Assembly: GCA_964579125.1 (NCBI GenBank)
Contig: CAZOFG010000002.1
Span: forward strand, 4,891-68,890
DNA: 64,000 nucleotides
From: an uncultured Halobacteriales archaeon
GTDB lineage: Archaea > Halobacteriota > Halobacteria > Halobacteriales > SKSH01
Direction of reading: 5' to 3'
Position 1 is the stretch's first letter. Every line of letters starts with the position of its first letter. The notes under the pieces were generated by a model. It was not told where the DNA came from. It ran no database searches and was given only the letters and a program-made list of their open reading frames with translations. A program made the position numbers and the translations under genes. Below are positions 1 to 8,795 of this stretch, one piece after another.

Positions 1-303
1 TTGGATGTTTCCGAAGTGCGACAAGTCGATCACGTATTACACACGAAACCGCCATATTCAGATCGGGCTCTCAAAGCGGCCGAGCACCAAGTCACTGGAT
101 CGAATCTCACCGATGCGCAGGGGGTGCTATTGGCGAGTGGCTTGTCCCACGAGGAATTTGCACAACTTCGAGATCGATGGCGAGCCATAGGTCGAGAGGT
201 TATCGAACAAATGCAGTCGGATCGATACGAACGGATTGAACGAATCCCAATTACGATCGCCCATGGTCGACTTTCACACGACAATACCGAGGAGTCCACA
301 TAA
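1..303 (+). CDS. hypothetical protein, 3' end of a gene entering from the left edge
   Basis: Frame open from base 1 to TAA 301-303. Acidic, plausible composition. About 52% G+C by my count versus over 60% in neighbours. No family recognised. Confidence 0.35.
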   Translation: MDVSEVRQVDHVLHTKPPYSDRALKAAEHQVTGSNLTDAQGVLLASGLSHEEFAQLRDRWRAIGREVIEQMQSDRYERIERIPITIAHGRLSHDNTEEST

Positions 304-335
304 CGAAAATCAATATTTTACCTATCCTTTCCGGA

Positions 336-980
336 TCACATTACGTCGCTTCGAATCGATTGCTTCGCTGGATCATCCCGCAACGCGCCCATTTCGGCGG
401 CGGCTGTCGATGCGTCGTCGGGTGTCAATCCCAGCATCTCAAGGGCTTGTTCGAGGGGTGGAAACGCATACTCTCCAGCGTCGAGTTTCGCTATTGCCTC
501 CTCACTAGAGCGCCCGTCCTGCCAGACACAGACCGCCCGCGGATCGAGGAGTTCGGCCCAATCGCCGTGCTCCTCGGCGAGTTGGCATCGACGCGTGACG
601 TTCTGTTCGAACCCCGTATTACACACCTCGAGGTGGGCCGGGATTTCATCGGGAAGGAACTGTGCCGCGAGACATTTTTCAGGGGCGACGTAGCCCGTTC
701 CATTGGTCCGGACAAATTCGGGAAATGAACGGGCCCAACCAGCGTCGATAGCGGTCCCAATACCGTCGACTCCGAGTTCATGTTCAATGGCTTGTGTATC
801 CTCGTCTGATTGATCGATGTACAGCTCTTTCGTGACATAGAGCTCGAAGCGATCGATCGGGTCAAGTCCCAACGCGAGATCACCGAGCACCCAGACCTCA
901 GAAATGGGTACCGGGACCTGCCCCGAGCGGACGGATTCCAAGACGGTTTCGACATGATCGACGGCCCGGATACGATCCAT
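336..980 (-). CDS. conserved hypothetical acidic protein
   Basis: Track ORF 336-1031 begins at TTG. I chose the first ATG (978-980, MDRIRAVDHVE). 214 aa. The segment VWVLGDLALGLDPIDRFELYV weakly resembles a degenerate minimal nucleotidyltransferase motif. Confidence 0.55.
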   Translation of the reverse strand: MDRIRAVDHVETVLESVRSGQVPVPISEVWVLGDLALGLDPIDRFELYVTKELYIDQSDEDTQAIEHELGVDGIGTAIDAGWARSFPEFVRTNGTGYVAPEKCLAAQFLPDEIPAHLEVCNTGFEQNVTRRCQLAEEHGDWAELLDPRAVCVWQDGRSSEEAIAKLDAGEYAFPPLEQALEMLGLTPDDASTAAAEMGALRDDPAKQSIRSDVM

Positions 981-1036
981 CAATCTACTTCTATTCGGTT
1001 CGTGATCAAAACGCGTTCGGTCACGACCCAAACGGG

Positions 1037-1045
1037 CATTTAAGG
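1037..1045 (+). promoter_or_regulatory. TATA-like element upstream of trx
   Basis: CATTTAAGG centred about 30 nt upstream of the ATG at 1071. Confidence 0.3.
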
Positions 1046-1070
1046 AGATGCTCGGCCTGAGTCAAAGTAC

Positions 1071-1457
1071 ATGACCGAGGACGAACTCGAGGAGTTGCGA
1101 GCGCAACGACGGGAGAACCTCGAAGCCGAATTAACCGATTCTTCGGTGCCCGATGATCCCATTTACGTCGACGGGTCCGACCACTTTCAGGAGCTCGTCG
1201 AGTCATACGATGTCGTCTTGGTCGATTTCTATGCCGATTGGTGTGGTCCGTGTCAGATGCTCGAACCACATGTGAACGCCCTTGCCGGCGAGACCGACGC
1301 GGCAGTGCTCAAAGTCGACATTGACGAGCACGAGGATCTCGCCGCCCAACATCAAGTCAGGGGTGTTCCCACACTCGTGGTGTATCGCGACGGATCGGTG
1401 GCTGACCGAGCGATGGGCATGCAGGATCGAGACAGCCTTCTGGCGTTGGTCCAATAA
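1071..1457 (+). CDS. trxA: thioredoxin
   Basis: 128 aa with the canonical WCGPC active site (DFYADWCGPCQML). Confidence 0.9.
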   Translation: MTEDELEELRAQRRENLEAELTDSSVPDDPIYVDGSDHFQELVESYDVVLVDFYADWCGPCQMLEPHVNALAGETDAAVLKVDIDEHEDLAAQHQVRGVPTLVVYRDGSVADRAMGMQDRDSLLALVQ

Positions 1458-1466
1458 CTCAAATCA

Positions 1467-2435
1467 ATGGCGGCCCAGCCGTGTGATCGATGTGGTGCGG
1501 ATGCCGTGATGGAGGCGAGATACGCTGGTGAACACCTCTGTGATACACATTTTCAGCATTTCGTCGAGCAGCGCGTTCGTCGACGCATCCGCGAGGATGA
1601 GTTGTTTGCCGGCGAGCCGGTGACGTGGTTGATCGGGCTCTCCGGCGGGAAAGACAGCGCCGTCTTAGCCACAATTTTGCACGAGACCTTCGCCGACAAT
1701 CCGAAGATCAGGCTCCGGGCGTTGTGTGCACATGAGGGCATCGACGGCTACCGCGATGAAAGCGTCGAGGCCGCTCGGGCGCTCGCACAGCAGCTAGACA
1801 TCGACCTGGAAATCAAGACGTATGACGATCTCTACGATGTCCGGATGGACGATGTGGCCGAGGTCGATCCGTTGAACATGGCTCCATGTGCGTACTGTGG
1901 AGTTTTGCGACGTGACATCCTGGATCGATATGCTCACGAGATCGACGCCGATCTGTTGTTGACCGGCCACAATCTCGATGACGAGGCCGAGACGGCGATG
2001 ATGAACTTCTTCGAGGGTGATTTAGACCAGATCGCGAAACATTACGACGCCAGCTTGGCGCCGTTGAGTGACCGTGATACGACCGGCCCATTCGTTCCGC
2101 GAGCCAAGCCGCTTCGGGATATCCCTGAACGTGAGGTGGCCCTGTATGCAACCGTTCGGGACTTGCCGACACATATGGCCTCCTGTCCCCACGCAAGCCG
2201 GTCCTTTCGAGGAGAGTTGCAGTCCGTATTACACGAGGTTGAGGAGTCCCATCCCGGGACGCGGCATTCGATCATGTCCGGCTACGAGGAGCTCGCTGCG
2301 TTAGTCGCCGAACATTACGCTCGCTCCACCGATCGACCCGATTTCGGTCGATGCGAGGAATGCGGTCGACCCGCCACTGGCGATCGCTGTCGCTCTTGTG
2401 AACTGTTAGCGGCCATAAAACAGGCGCGAGCCTGA
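1467..2435 (+). CDS. ncsA: tRNA 2-thiolation protein NcsA (Ncs6/Ctu1/TtuA-type PP-loop ATPase)
   Basis: PP-loop LSGGKDSAV. N-terminal CDRCG...CDTH and C-terminal CEECG...CRSC zinc-ribbon motifs. 322 aa. Starts 9 nt after the trx stop. Confidence 0.85.
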   Translation: MAAQPCDRCGADAVMEARYAGEHLCDTHFQHFVEQRVRRRIREDELFAGEPVTWLIGLSGGKDSAVLATILHETFADNPKIRLRALCAHEGIDGYRDESVEAARALAQQLDIDLEIKTYDDLYDVRMDDVAEVDPLNMAPCAYCGVLRRDILDRYAHEIDADLLLTGHNLDDEAETAMMNFFEGDLDQIAKHYDASLAPLSDRDTTGPFVPRAKPLRDIPEREVALYATVRDLPTHMASCPHASRSFRGELQSVLHEVEESHPGTRHSIMSGYEELAALVAEHYARSTDRPDFGRCEECGRPATGDRCRSCELLAAIKQARA

Positions 2436-2462
2436 CAACCCAGTCGTCGTGCAACCGGAGTG

Positions 2463-3629
2463 TTATCTGATGACGTCGATGCCGTTCTGCGAGTCGACCG
2501 TCTCTTGTCCGCCGTCGCTAGTTGCGCCAGCGACCTTGTTCGGCGAGAATTCCTGATCGGCGCCGACTGCATCGATCCCCTCGAGGCTAGAGCGCGAGCG
2601 GTCTGCCTGTTTTTGGGCCGTCGGACCAAGGATTTGCGCGCTCTGAACGCCGGTCATGATGGCCATGACACGAACCTTGCCCTTGTACTCCTCCTGGATG
2701 CGGGCACCCCAGATGACGTTTGCCGAATGTTCGAGGCGCTCGGTGAGGTTCTCCGCGATACCCTCGGCCTCTTGCAGGGTGAGATCTGGTCCTCCGGTGA
2801 TATGCACCAAGGCACCACTGGCGCCCCGATAGTCGACATCGAGGAGCGGGTGACTCATCGCGTCCTTGACAACCTCGTCGGTCTTGTTCTTGTCCTGAGT
2901 TTCGCCAACCAACATGACCGCTACACCGCCCTGATTCATGATCGAGGTCATGTCGGCGTAGTCGAGGTTGATCAGGGACGGGCGCGTGATCGTCTCTGAA
3001 ATGCCCTTGACAGTCTGGGCGATGAGTTGATCCATCACCGAGAATGCCTTGCCGATCGGAAGGTTCGGCACGTACTCGAGCAGCCGATTGTTATCGAGCA
3101 CGATGATCGAGTCGGCCTCACCGCGCAGCTTTTCGAGGCCTTCTTCCGCTTTGACAGTCCGGGCTTTTTCGACGTTAAACGGCGTCGAGACCATCCCGAC
3201 AACGATCGCGCCTTGCTGTTTGGCGATCCGTGACACGATCGGTGCCGCACCGGTACCGGTGCCGCCACCCATGCCGGCGGTAACGAAGACGAGATCGGCC
3301 TCACCGAGTTCCTCTTTGATGGTGCTTTGGGCCATCTCGGTCGCCCGTTCGCCCATCTTCGGATTGCCGCCGGCACCGAGACCATTTGTCAAGGATTTTC
3401 CGACGAGAATCTTCGTATCTGCCTCGATCATCTCGAGGTGTTGCCGGTCGGTGTTGACTGCAATGGTATTCGCACCGTTGACGCCCATGTTGTACAGGCG
3501 GTTGACGGTGTTATTGCCGGCGCCGCCACAGCCGACGACCACGATGCGCGGGTCGCCGAACTCCTCGACGTTTGTTTCCCGCTCTTCCTCTTCCGCGTGA
3601 CGCAGAGCGTCTTCGACGATGTCTTGCAT
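2463..3629 (-). CDS. ftsZ2: cell division protein FtsZ2
   Basis: GCGGAGNN and the tubulin signature [10 protein letters not shown]. 388 aa. Its ATG lies 3 nt after the stop of the RHH gene upstream, the arrangement described for cdrS-ftsZ2. Confidence 0.9.
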   Translation of the reverse strand: MQDIVEDALRHAEEEERETNVEEFGDPRIVVVGCGGAGNNTVNRLYNMGVNGANTIAVNTDRQHLEMIEADTKILVGKSLTNGLGAGGNPKMGERATEMAQSTIKEELGEADLVFVTAGMGGGTGTGAAPIVSRIAKQQGAIVVGMVSTPFNVEKARTVKAEEGLEKLRGEADSIIVLDNNRLLEYVPNLPIGKAFSVMDQLIAQTVKGISETITRPSLINLDYADMTSIMNQGGVAVMLVGETQDKNKTDEVVKDAMSHPLLDVDYRGASGALVHITGGPDLTLQEAEGIAENLTERLEHSANVIWGARIQEEYKGKVRVMAIMTGVQSAQILGPTAQKQADRSRSSLEGIDAVGADQEFSPNKVAGATSDGGQETVDSQNGIDVIR

Positions 3630-3632
3630 TAT

Positions 3633-3836
3633 TTACACCTGTGCCCATCCGGTTCCAGAAGTCCGCTCGCGGGACTCCTCGAGTTTGTGTTCTTTGTCGT
3701 TAATCAGTTCACGAACCGCCGAGCGAATCGCTTCGCTTCGGTTCGGGAACTCACCCGTTTCGACGAGCTGTTCGACCCGATCGATCTGCTGTTCTGGAAT
3801 CCGCAGTGTTACACGCTCCATTGTTGTATTCCCCAT
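3633..3836 (-). CDS. cdrS: ribbon-helix-helix (CopG-type) regulator, CdrS-like
   Basis: 67 aa. [38 protein letters not shown] is a classic RHH pattern. An alternative ATG at 3821 (MERVTL) would give 62 aa. Tightly coupled to ftsZ2. Confidence 0.8.
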   Translation of the reverse strand: MGNTTMERVTLRIPEQQIDRVEQLVETGEFPNRSEAIRSAVRELINDKEHKLEESRERTSGTGWAQV

Positions 3837-3961
3837 TGTCCCCGTTACCGGGGTGTCCGCACGGCCGATGCCTTACGGATCAGGGCGACACGACCCCATC
3901 GTGGCGCCCTTCAGACGGTGTAAGACAACCGTCGTACGCATATCGCATGTCATACGTATAC

Positions 3962-3970
3962 TATATAAAA
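3962..3970. promoter_or_regulatory. strong palindromic TATA box in the cdrS / tRNA-Tyr spacer
   Basis: TATATAAAA on the plus strand, TTTTATATA on the minus strand. About 125 nt upstream of the cdrS ATG. No TATA-like sequence sits closer to cdrS. Confidence 0.3.
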
Positions 3971-4149
3971 CTACCGCCAAATGTAAGACATCAGTCCGCC
4001 AGGCGTGATCGTTCTGTGCGTGGATGTTGGAGAAATAGGGATGTACCGGCTGTTTAACGGCTTTTTTCCATCGCAGGTATTACAATCTTTGCCTGGGATC
4101 TATGAAATGGTAACCCTTATTGGCAAAATCCGGTTACCTCCTCGTGTAT

Positions 4150-4223
4150 CCGCCCTTAGCTCAGACTGGTAGAGCAGCCGACTGTAGATCGGCTTGTCCC
4201 CCGTTCAAATCGGGGAGGGCGGA
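4150..4223 (+). tRNA. tRNA-Tyr (anticodon GUA)
   Basis: Hand-folded cloverleaf. Acceptor CCGCCCT/AGGGCGG with the archaeal Tyr C1:G72 pair. D arm GCTC..GAGC. Anticodon stem GCCGA/TCGGC with loop CTGTAGA. T arm CCCCG-TTCAAAT-CGGGG. No encoded CCA. TATA-like CCTTATTG about 30 nt upstream. Confidence 0.9.
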
Positions 4224-4238
4224 CTTTCTTAGTGAATT

Positions 4239-5105
4239 CTACTCCAGCAAGCCTTCCAAGATTTCGAGTTCTTCGGATTCAGTGATGTTTTCCGAGTCTA
4301 GACACGCGTGAGCAACTTTGTGGACGAGGTTTGGATCATCAAAGACGGAATTGTCTTGTGAACTCGCTGACTCGAGAGCGCCTTCGAGTTTTTCAATTCG
4401 CTCATCAAATTGATCGAGTTCGTTCTTGATATTCTCGAATTCGGCGAACATCTCGTCGGTATACTCTGCGGTCCGCAAGTCGGGAGATGGACGTCTGCTT
4501 TCGTTCGTTGGCACAGATTCGTCGGTGGATTCACCGTTCGTTGAACCCGTGAACGTAGTGAATTCGCCATCGAGACTTTCGATAAAGGATTTGCGCTCGG
4601 ACCAGTCAAACCCAGTAATGTCGTTTGCCCACCGGCTAATCGTCGCTCTCGTGACATCGAACCGATCTGCGAGTTCCTTTTGCGTGGCCTTTGGATCCGC
4701 TGCGATCGCTTTTACCAGGTCGCGCTGGTTCTCTGAGAGGTCATCCAACGCGATAGAACTCGCATGGTCCGCTTCCCCCTGGCCTTCGGTTTCGTTCGTA
4801 GACTCCTGTGCATTCGAGTTGACCGATTCGTTGACAGCCTCCCCGCTGGCAGAGGCCATAGTACCGTCTTGATCCATAGCTCCATCAGTCATTGGTGCAG
4901 TCTCCGATGATTCGGGTGAGGATTGCTGTTCGATCCCAGGATCTCCATGTTCCTCCAATACGTGTTCGACCAAATCTGGCGTCGCACTCGGCACTTCTGA
5001 AGCGAGATCGTCGATTGACGCCGAGGGATTGGTTTCGGCGGCTTCTAAAATCTGCTTGTGTCGCAACGATTTCGGACGCGGCTTGCTATCGCCATCGGTA
5101 CTCAT
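4239..5105 (-). CDS. acidic DNA-binding protein with two helix-turn-helix regions and a C-terminal coiled-coil-like tail
   Basis: 288 aa. HTH-like segments RHKQILEAAETNPSASIDDLASEV and ENQRDLVKAIAADPKATQKELADRFDVTRATISRW. About 49% G+C over 4261-4560 by my count. Confidence 0.7.
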   Translation of the reverse strand: MSTDGDSKPRPKSLRHKQILEAAETNPSASIDDLASEVPSATPDLVEHVLEEHGDPGIEQQSSPESSETAPMTDGAMDQDGTMASASGEAVNESVNSNAQESTNETEGQGEADHASSIALDDLSENQRDLVKAIAADPKATQKELADRFDVTRATISRWANDITGFDWSERKSFIESLDGEFTTFTGSTNGESTDESVPTNESRRPSPDLRTAEYTDEMFAEFENIKNELDQFDERIEKLEGALESASSQDNSVFDDPNLVHKVAHACLDSENITESEELEILEGLLE

Positions 5106-5203
5106 GCCCCACTATGGCATTTATTGCGGGAATTCTATATCATTTTCTGTGAATCAGCGTCCTTTCCGGACTGGTCAAGGACAGCCACTTCTAACCACTC
5201 AAT

Positions 5204-5225
5204 GTTGACGATGAATCATGTCAAC
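5204..5225. promoter_or_regulatory. 22-bp near-perfect palindrome in a divergent intergenic region
   Basis: GTTGAC-G-ATGA-A-TCAT-GTCAAC. About 100 nt from the starts of both flanking genes. Confidence 0.25.
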
Positions 5226-5327
5226 ATGTTGCATTGCTACCATCGGTTCTTGTCTCCTCACTTTGTCCAAGTTCGCTTTTGAACGATATCCTAGCTCAAA
5301 ACACGCCTGTGCGTCGCGCAAGGCCTA

Positions 5328-6329
5328 TTGGGGGCGGTGGTCAACACTTCGCCAGGAGTGCCCTCCGAGCGTACCACGTATTTGATCATTGCCGCCGTCG
5401 GGGTACTGGTCCTCGCGGCGGCGGCAGCGTCACTCGCGAATCCTGTCCCCGTCACTGGATCTGAGGGCCCACCAGATCGCGTCTTTTCCGGCCCAGATGG
5501 AGACAGTGAAAACGGTGACGTGGGCGGGGTGGGCGAGGGCGATATGATCTTCGGGATCGGGGACCAGAGCGATTTCGGCTTCTGTGTTGAGCCGCTTTTG
5601 GATCAGCAGGTGCAGACAATTCTGATCCTTGCGTTCGTTGCGATTGGCCTGCTTATTTGGTGGTATACTCACTTCGTTTTCGCGATTGGTTATTACGGCA
5701 TTTCCGGGCTTTTAGGCGTGTTTGCCTTCGTTATCTTGACTTCTGGATGTGAATCCGAAGAGCAGGAGCAGGTGATGGAAGAACAAAACGAGACGGAAAG
5801 TCTCTTCGAGGCACTGACGGGCGAGGGTGGTGGTGCCGTCGGCCAGGTCATGGACGTGGCGACCGATCCGGTCGTGCTCTTCGGGGCGCTCGTCATTATC
5901 GGACTGCTTGCCTTCGCGTTCGTCATCGTCACCGATGATGAGGAGGAACCGACCGAAGAGGAAACCGAGGAGCCAGCCGTGGTCGAACCGGACATCGATC
6001 CGGAGGTGCTTGCCCGAATCGCGGGCGAGGCGGCCGACCGAATCGAACAGGATGCGAGCGACGCGGGCCTGGACAACGAGGTCTATCGGGCCTGGCAGGA
6101 CATGACCGATCATCTCGATGTCGACGCGCGGGAAACGTTCACTCCGGGCGAGTTCGCCCGTCGGGCCATTGCCGCAGGGATGGATTCCGACGACGTGATG
6201 GAACTCACCGGACTCTTCGAGGAAGTCCGATACGGCGACCGGCCGCCGACCGCAGAGCGTGAACGCCGCGCCGTCGATACACTCCGTCGAATCGAGCGCA
6301 CCTATGGCGACGGAGGTGCGGACGCATGA
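5328..6329 (+). CDS. polytopic membrane protein with C-terminal DUF4129-like domain
   Basis: Several hydrophobic helices and an acidic linker (DDEEEPTEEETEEP). C-terminal TPGEFARRAIAAGMDSDDVMELTGLFEEVRYGDRPPT. The track start is TTG. GTG at 5337 or 5358 is also possible, with a TATA-like CCTATTG at 5324-5330. Confidence 0.7.
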   Translation: MGAVVNTSPGVPSERTTYLIIAAVGVLVLAAAAASLANPVPVTGSEGPPDRVFSGPDGDSENGDVGGVGEGDMIFGIGDQSDFGFCVEPLLDQQVQTILILAFVAIGLLIWWYTHFVFAIGYYGISGLLGVFAFVILTSGCESEEQEQVMEEQNETESLFEALTGEGGGAVGQVMDVATDPVVLFGALVIIGLLAFAFVIVTDDEEEPTEEETEEPAVVEPDIDPEVLARIAGEAADRIEQDASDAGLDNEVYRAWQDMTDHLDVDARETFTPGEFARRAIAAGMDSDDVMELTGLFEEVRYGDRPPTAERERRAVDTLRRIERTYGDGGADA

Positions 6330-6907
6330 ATCTGCGAACGGTACTCCTCGTGGGGGCAACGGTTGCCGTCGGCGGGACCCTTGTGTTGTTAGCCCAACCG
6401 AGCCTGGCCCAATACATCAGCGTCGATACGATCCTCATTGGTGGAATTGGGGCCGGCATGACGCTGCTCGGCATCGCCCGAATCCAGCGCGCTCGGGCGA
6501 CTGAACACATCGAAGCCAGCACCGACAATCCGGACCGGGTCCTCGAGGTAGCCGTTCCAGGGGGCGAGGTGGACGAACAACTCGCCGCGTATCACCGCCC
6601 GCACATGGAGTATCATTCCGCACTGGAAACGCTCGAGGATCGGCTTACAGAAACCCTCCGCATATCGATCATGCGCCAACGGGCGTGTTCCCGCGCCGAA
6701 GCCGACGCCATCATCGCGGCGGGAGAGTGGACAGACGACCCGGTTGCAGCCGCCTATCTCGGCGACGAGGTTACGATGCCCGAGGCGGTTCGCGACCGCG
6801 TCCGCGAACAACTCACCCCGAAACAACTGAAACGCGATCGTCTGGCGCGAACGATCGAGGCGGTTGCCAGCTTTGCGGGAATCGAGGAAACGGGGACTGA
6901 CCAATGA
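6326..6907 (+). CDS. two-TM membrane protein of the MoxR/DUF58 cluster
   Basis: 193 aa. ATGA overlap with the upstream stop (6326-6329). N-terminal TM helices followed by a soluble charged domain. Confidence 0.65.
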   Translation: MNLRTVLLVGATVAVGGTLVLLAQPSLAQYISVDTILIGGIGAGMTLLGIARIQRARATEHIEASTDNPDRVLEVAVPGGEVDEQLAAYHRPHMEYHSALETLEDRLTETLRISIMRQRACSRAEADAIIAAGEWTDDPVAAAYLGDEVTMPEAVRDRVREQLTPKQLKRDRLARTIEAVASFAGIEETGTDQ

Positions 6908-8271
6908 GTACACGAGCACAATCATCCACAGGCGGACTGCCCGGTGCCGTCTCTGACGCCATCACGGAAACGCCAGCTGCGGTCGTCGGCCTTGAGGATC
7001 TCACCCAGACCGAGGCCGAGGAAACCAATCGATGGCTCGGCATCACGGGCATCGCCCTCCTCGTCGGCGGAGTGGGCCTGTTCATCACCCGACCAGGACT
7101 CGTTGCACTCACGGGCGTCGGCATCTATTATGCCCTCTATTACCGGTACATGGAGGCGCCGGAGCTCGACCTGGAGATCGAGCGCGAACTCTCCGATCCA
7201 ACCGCGGCCCCAGGTGAGGAAATTTCTGTCACGTTACGGATTACGAACGTCGGCGACGCCATCGTCTCCGATTTGCGACTCGTCGATGGCGTCCCACCCG
7301 CGCTTTCGGTGAGTGCGGGCGAGCCTCGGCATGCGACGACACTCCGCCCCGGACAGACGGCGACGATCGTCTACAATCTTGAGGTACGCCGGGGCCATCA
7401 CGAGTTCGAAGAGCTGACGCTCATTGCTCGAGATATCGCCGGTACTCACGAGGTGACATACGAAGCCTCGGTCCCGTCGGTGATTCACTGCGAACCCGAT
7501 GAGTCGCCGCTGCCCACATTTCCCCTGCGTCAACTCACGAGACAGGTCACGGGTCGGGTGGAGACGGAACAAGGTGGCCCTGGCCTCGAGTTTTACGCCA
7601 CCCGGGAATACCGTCGCGGCGATGCATTGAGTCGGATCGACTGGAATCGCAAAGCCCGAACCGGGGAGATGTCGACCCTCCAGTACCGGGAAGAGCAAGC
7701 GGCGACGGTCATTCTCGTGTTAGATGTTCGCCCGGAATCATACGTTGCCGGACCCCACCAGGAGATCCCCGCCGGCGAAATCGGTATCGATGCGGCCGCA
7801 GCAGTGTTTTTCAATCTGCTCGATGCGGGCGATCGGGTCGGTATCACGACCTTGGGCGCACGGGACTGTTGGTTGCCACCTGGACTCGGAACGGATCACC
7901 GAGCGGCTGGGCGGATCCTCTTCGGCGGCCATCCGGCACTCGGGTCGAGTCCGCCGGAGGAACACGTCTCCGTCGATTATCAACGCTGGCAGCTTGAGCA
8001 TCGCCTCCCGATAGACGCCCAGATTATCTACGTCAGTCCGTTTGCCGACCGAGGCGCGGAGCGGTACGCGACGATGCTCGATGCACGCGGCCACCTCGTG
8101 ACGGCGTTGAGTCCGGATCCGACGGGGCGTGAATCACCAGGTCAATTATTAGCGACTGTCGAACGACAGCAACGCATCGCTCGATTGCGCGATCGTGGTG
8201 TTCGGGTGATCGATTGGAATACCGAGGAGTCGCTCTCGGTTGCTATCGAGGAGGCAGCCTCGAGGTGGTAA
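6904..8271 (+). CDS. DUF58 domain-containing (vWA-like) membrane protein
   Basis: 455 aa. ATGA overlap at 6904-6907. Two TM helices, an Ig-like segment (ISVTLRITNVGDAIVSDLRLVDGVP), then YATREYRRGDALSRIDWN...VILVLD, typical of DUF58. Confidence 0.8.
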   Translation: MSTRAQSSTGGLPGAVSDAITETPAAVVGLEDLTQTEAEETNRWLGITGIALLVGGVGLFITRPGLVALTGVGIYYALYYRYMEAPELDLEIERELSDPTAAPGEEISVTLRITNVGDAIVSDLRLVDGVPPALSVSAGEPRHATTLRPGQTATIVYNLEVRRGHHEFEELTLIARDIAGTHEVTYEASVPSVIHCEPDESPLPTFPLRQLTRQVTGRVETEQGGPGLEFYATREYRRGDALSRIDWNRKARTGEMSTLQYREEQAATVILVLDVRPESYVAGPHQEIPAGEIGIDAAAAVFFNLLDAGDRVGITTLGARDCWLPPGLGTDHRAAGRILFGGHPALGSSPPEEHVSVDYQRWQLEHRLPIDAQIIYVSPFADRGAERYATMLDARGHLVTALSPDPTGRESPGQLLATVERQQRIARLRDRGVRVIDWNTEESLSVAIEEAASRW

Positions 8272-8273
8272 TC

Positions 8274-8777
8274 ATGTCGGCACAGCAACTCGATCGGCGC
8301 CCGACGATGCCCGGACTACTCGGCGCCATGTTCGCATTGTCCGGGATCGTGTTGATCCTGGCGCAGTACACGTTTATCCCGGCCACAACCGCGTTCCTCG
8401 CAACGCTGCTCATCGGATTTGGAGGCTACCAGGGTGAGCCTGATCCGGTTCGCTTTGGCTTCGGGTTATTGTTAGCGACGTTGGCACTAGCGGCCGTGTT
8501 CGGTTTGCCAACCAGTCCAACCCTCGCCGTCGGCGTTCTCGGCGTGCTCGCGTACGATCTGCTCGACAATGCACGCTCCCTCGGTCGGCAACTCGGGCGG
8601 AGTGCCGACACGTGGCGGCCCGAACTCGTTCACGGTGGGGCGACACTCATTGGCGGGACGATCGTTGCTGGGGTGATCTTTGGGGTCTACTCCGCCGCCC
8701 CGACCGGCTGGCCACTGGCTGGATTGATCTTCGCCTTGATCGCTGGCTGGTTGCTCACGCTTGCGATGGAGATGTGA
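8274..8777 (+). CDS. polytopic membrane protein
   Basis: ATG 2 nt after the DUF58 stop. The track ORF from 8214 overlaps the upstream gene. 167 aa, 5-6 hydrophobic helices. Confidence 0.65.
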   Translation: MSAQQLDRRPTMPGLLGAMFALSGIVLILAQYTFIPATTAFLATLLIGFGGYQGEPDPVRFGFGLLLATLALAAVFGLPTSPTLAVGVLGVLAYDLLDNARSLGRQLGRSADTWRPELVHGGATLIGGTIVAGVIFGVYSAAPTGWPLAGLIFALIAGWLLTLAMEM

Positions 8778-8795
8778 ACAAACTGACGACGGTTC

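Noticed and set aside
4150-5327. An integrated mobile element at tRNA-Tyr, considered because of the low-GC gene directly downstream of the tRNA.
   Set aside because: No integrase, transposase or phage-like gene is present. I did not find a direct repeat of the tRNA 3' end in the following kilobases. The low-GC tract is a single gene.
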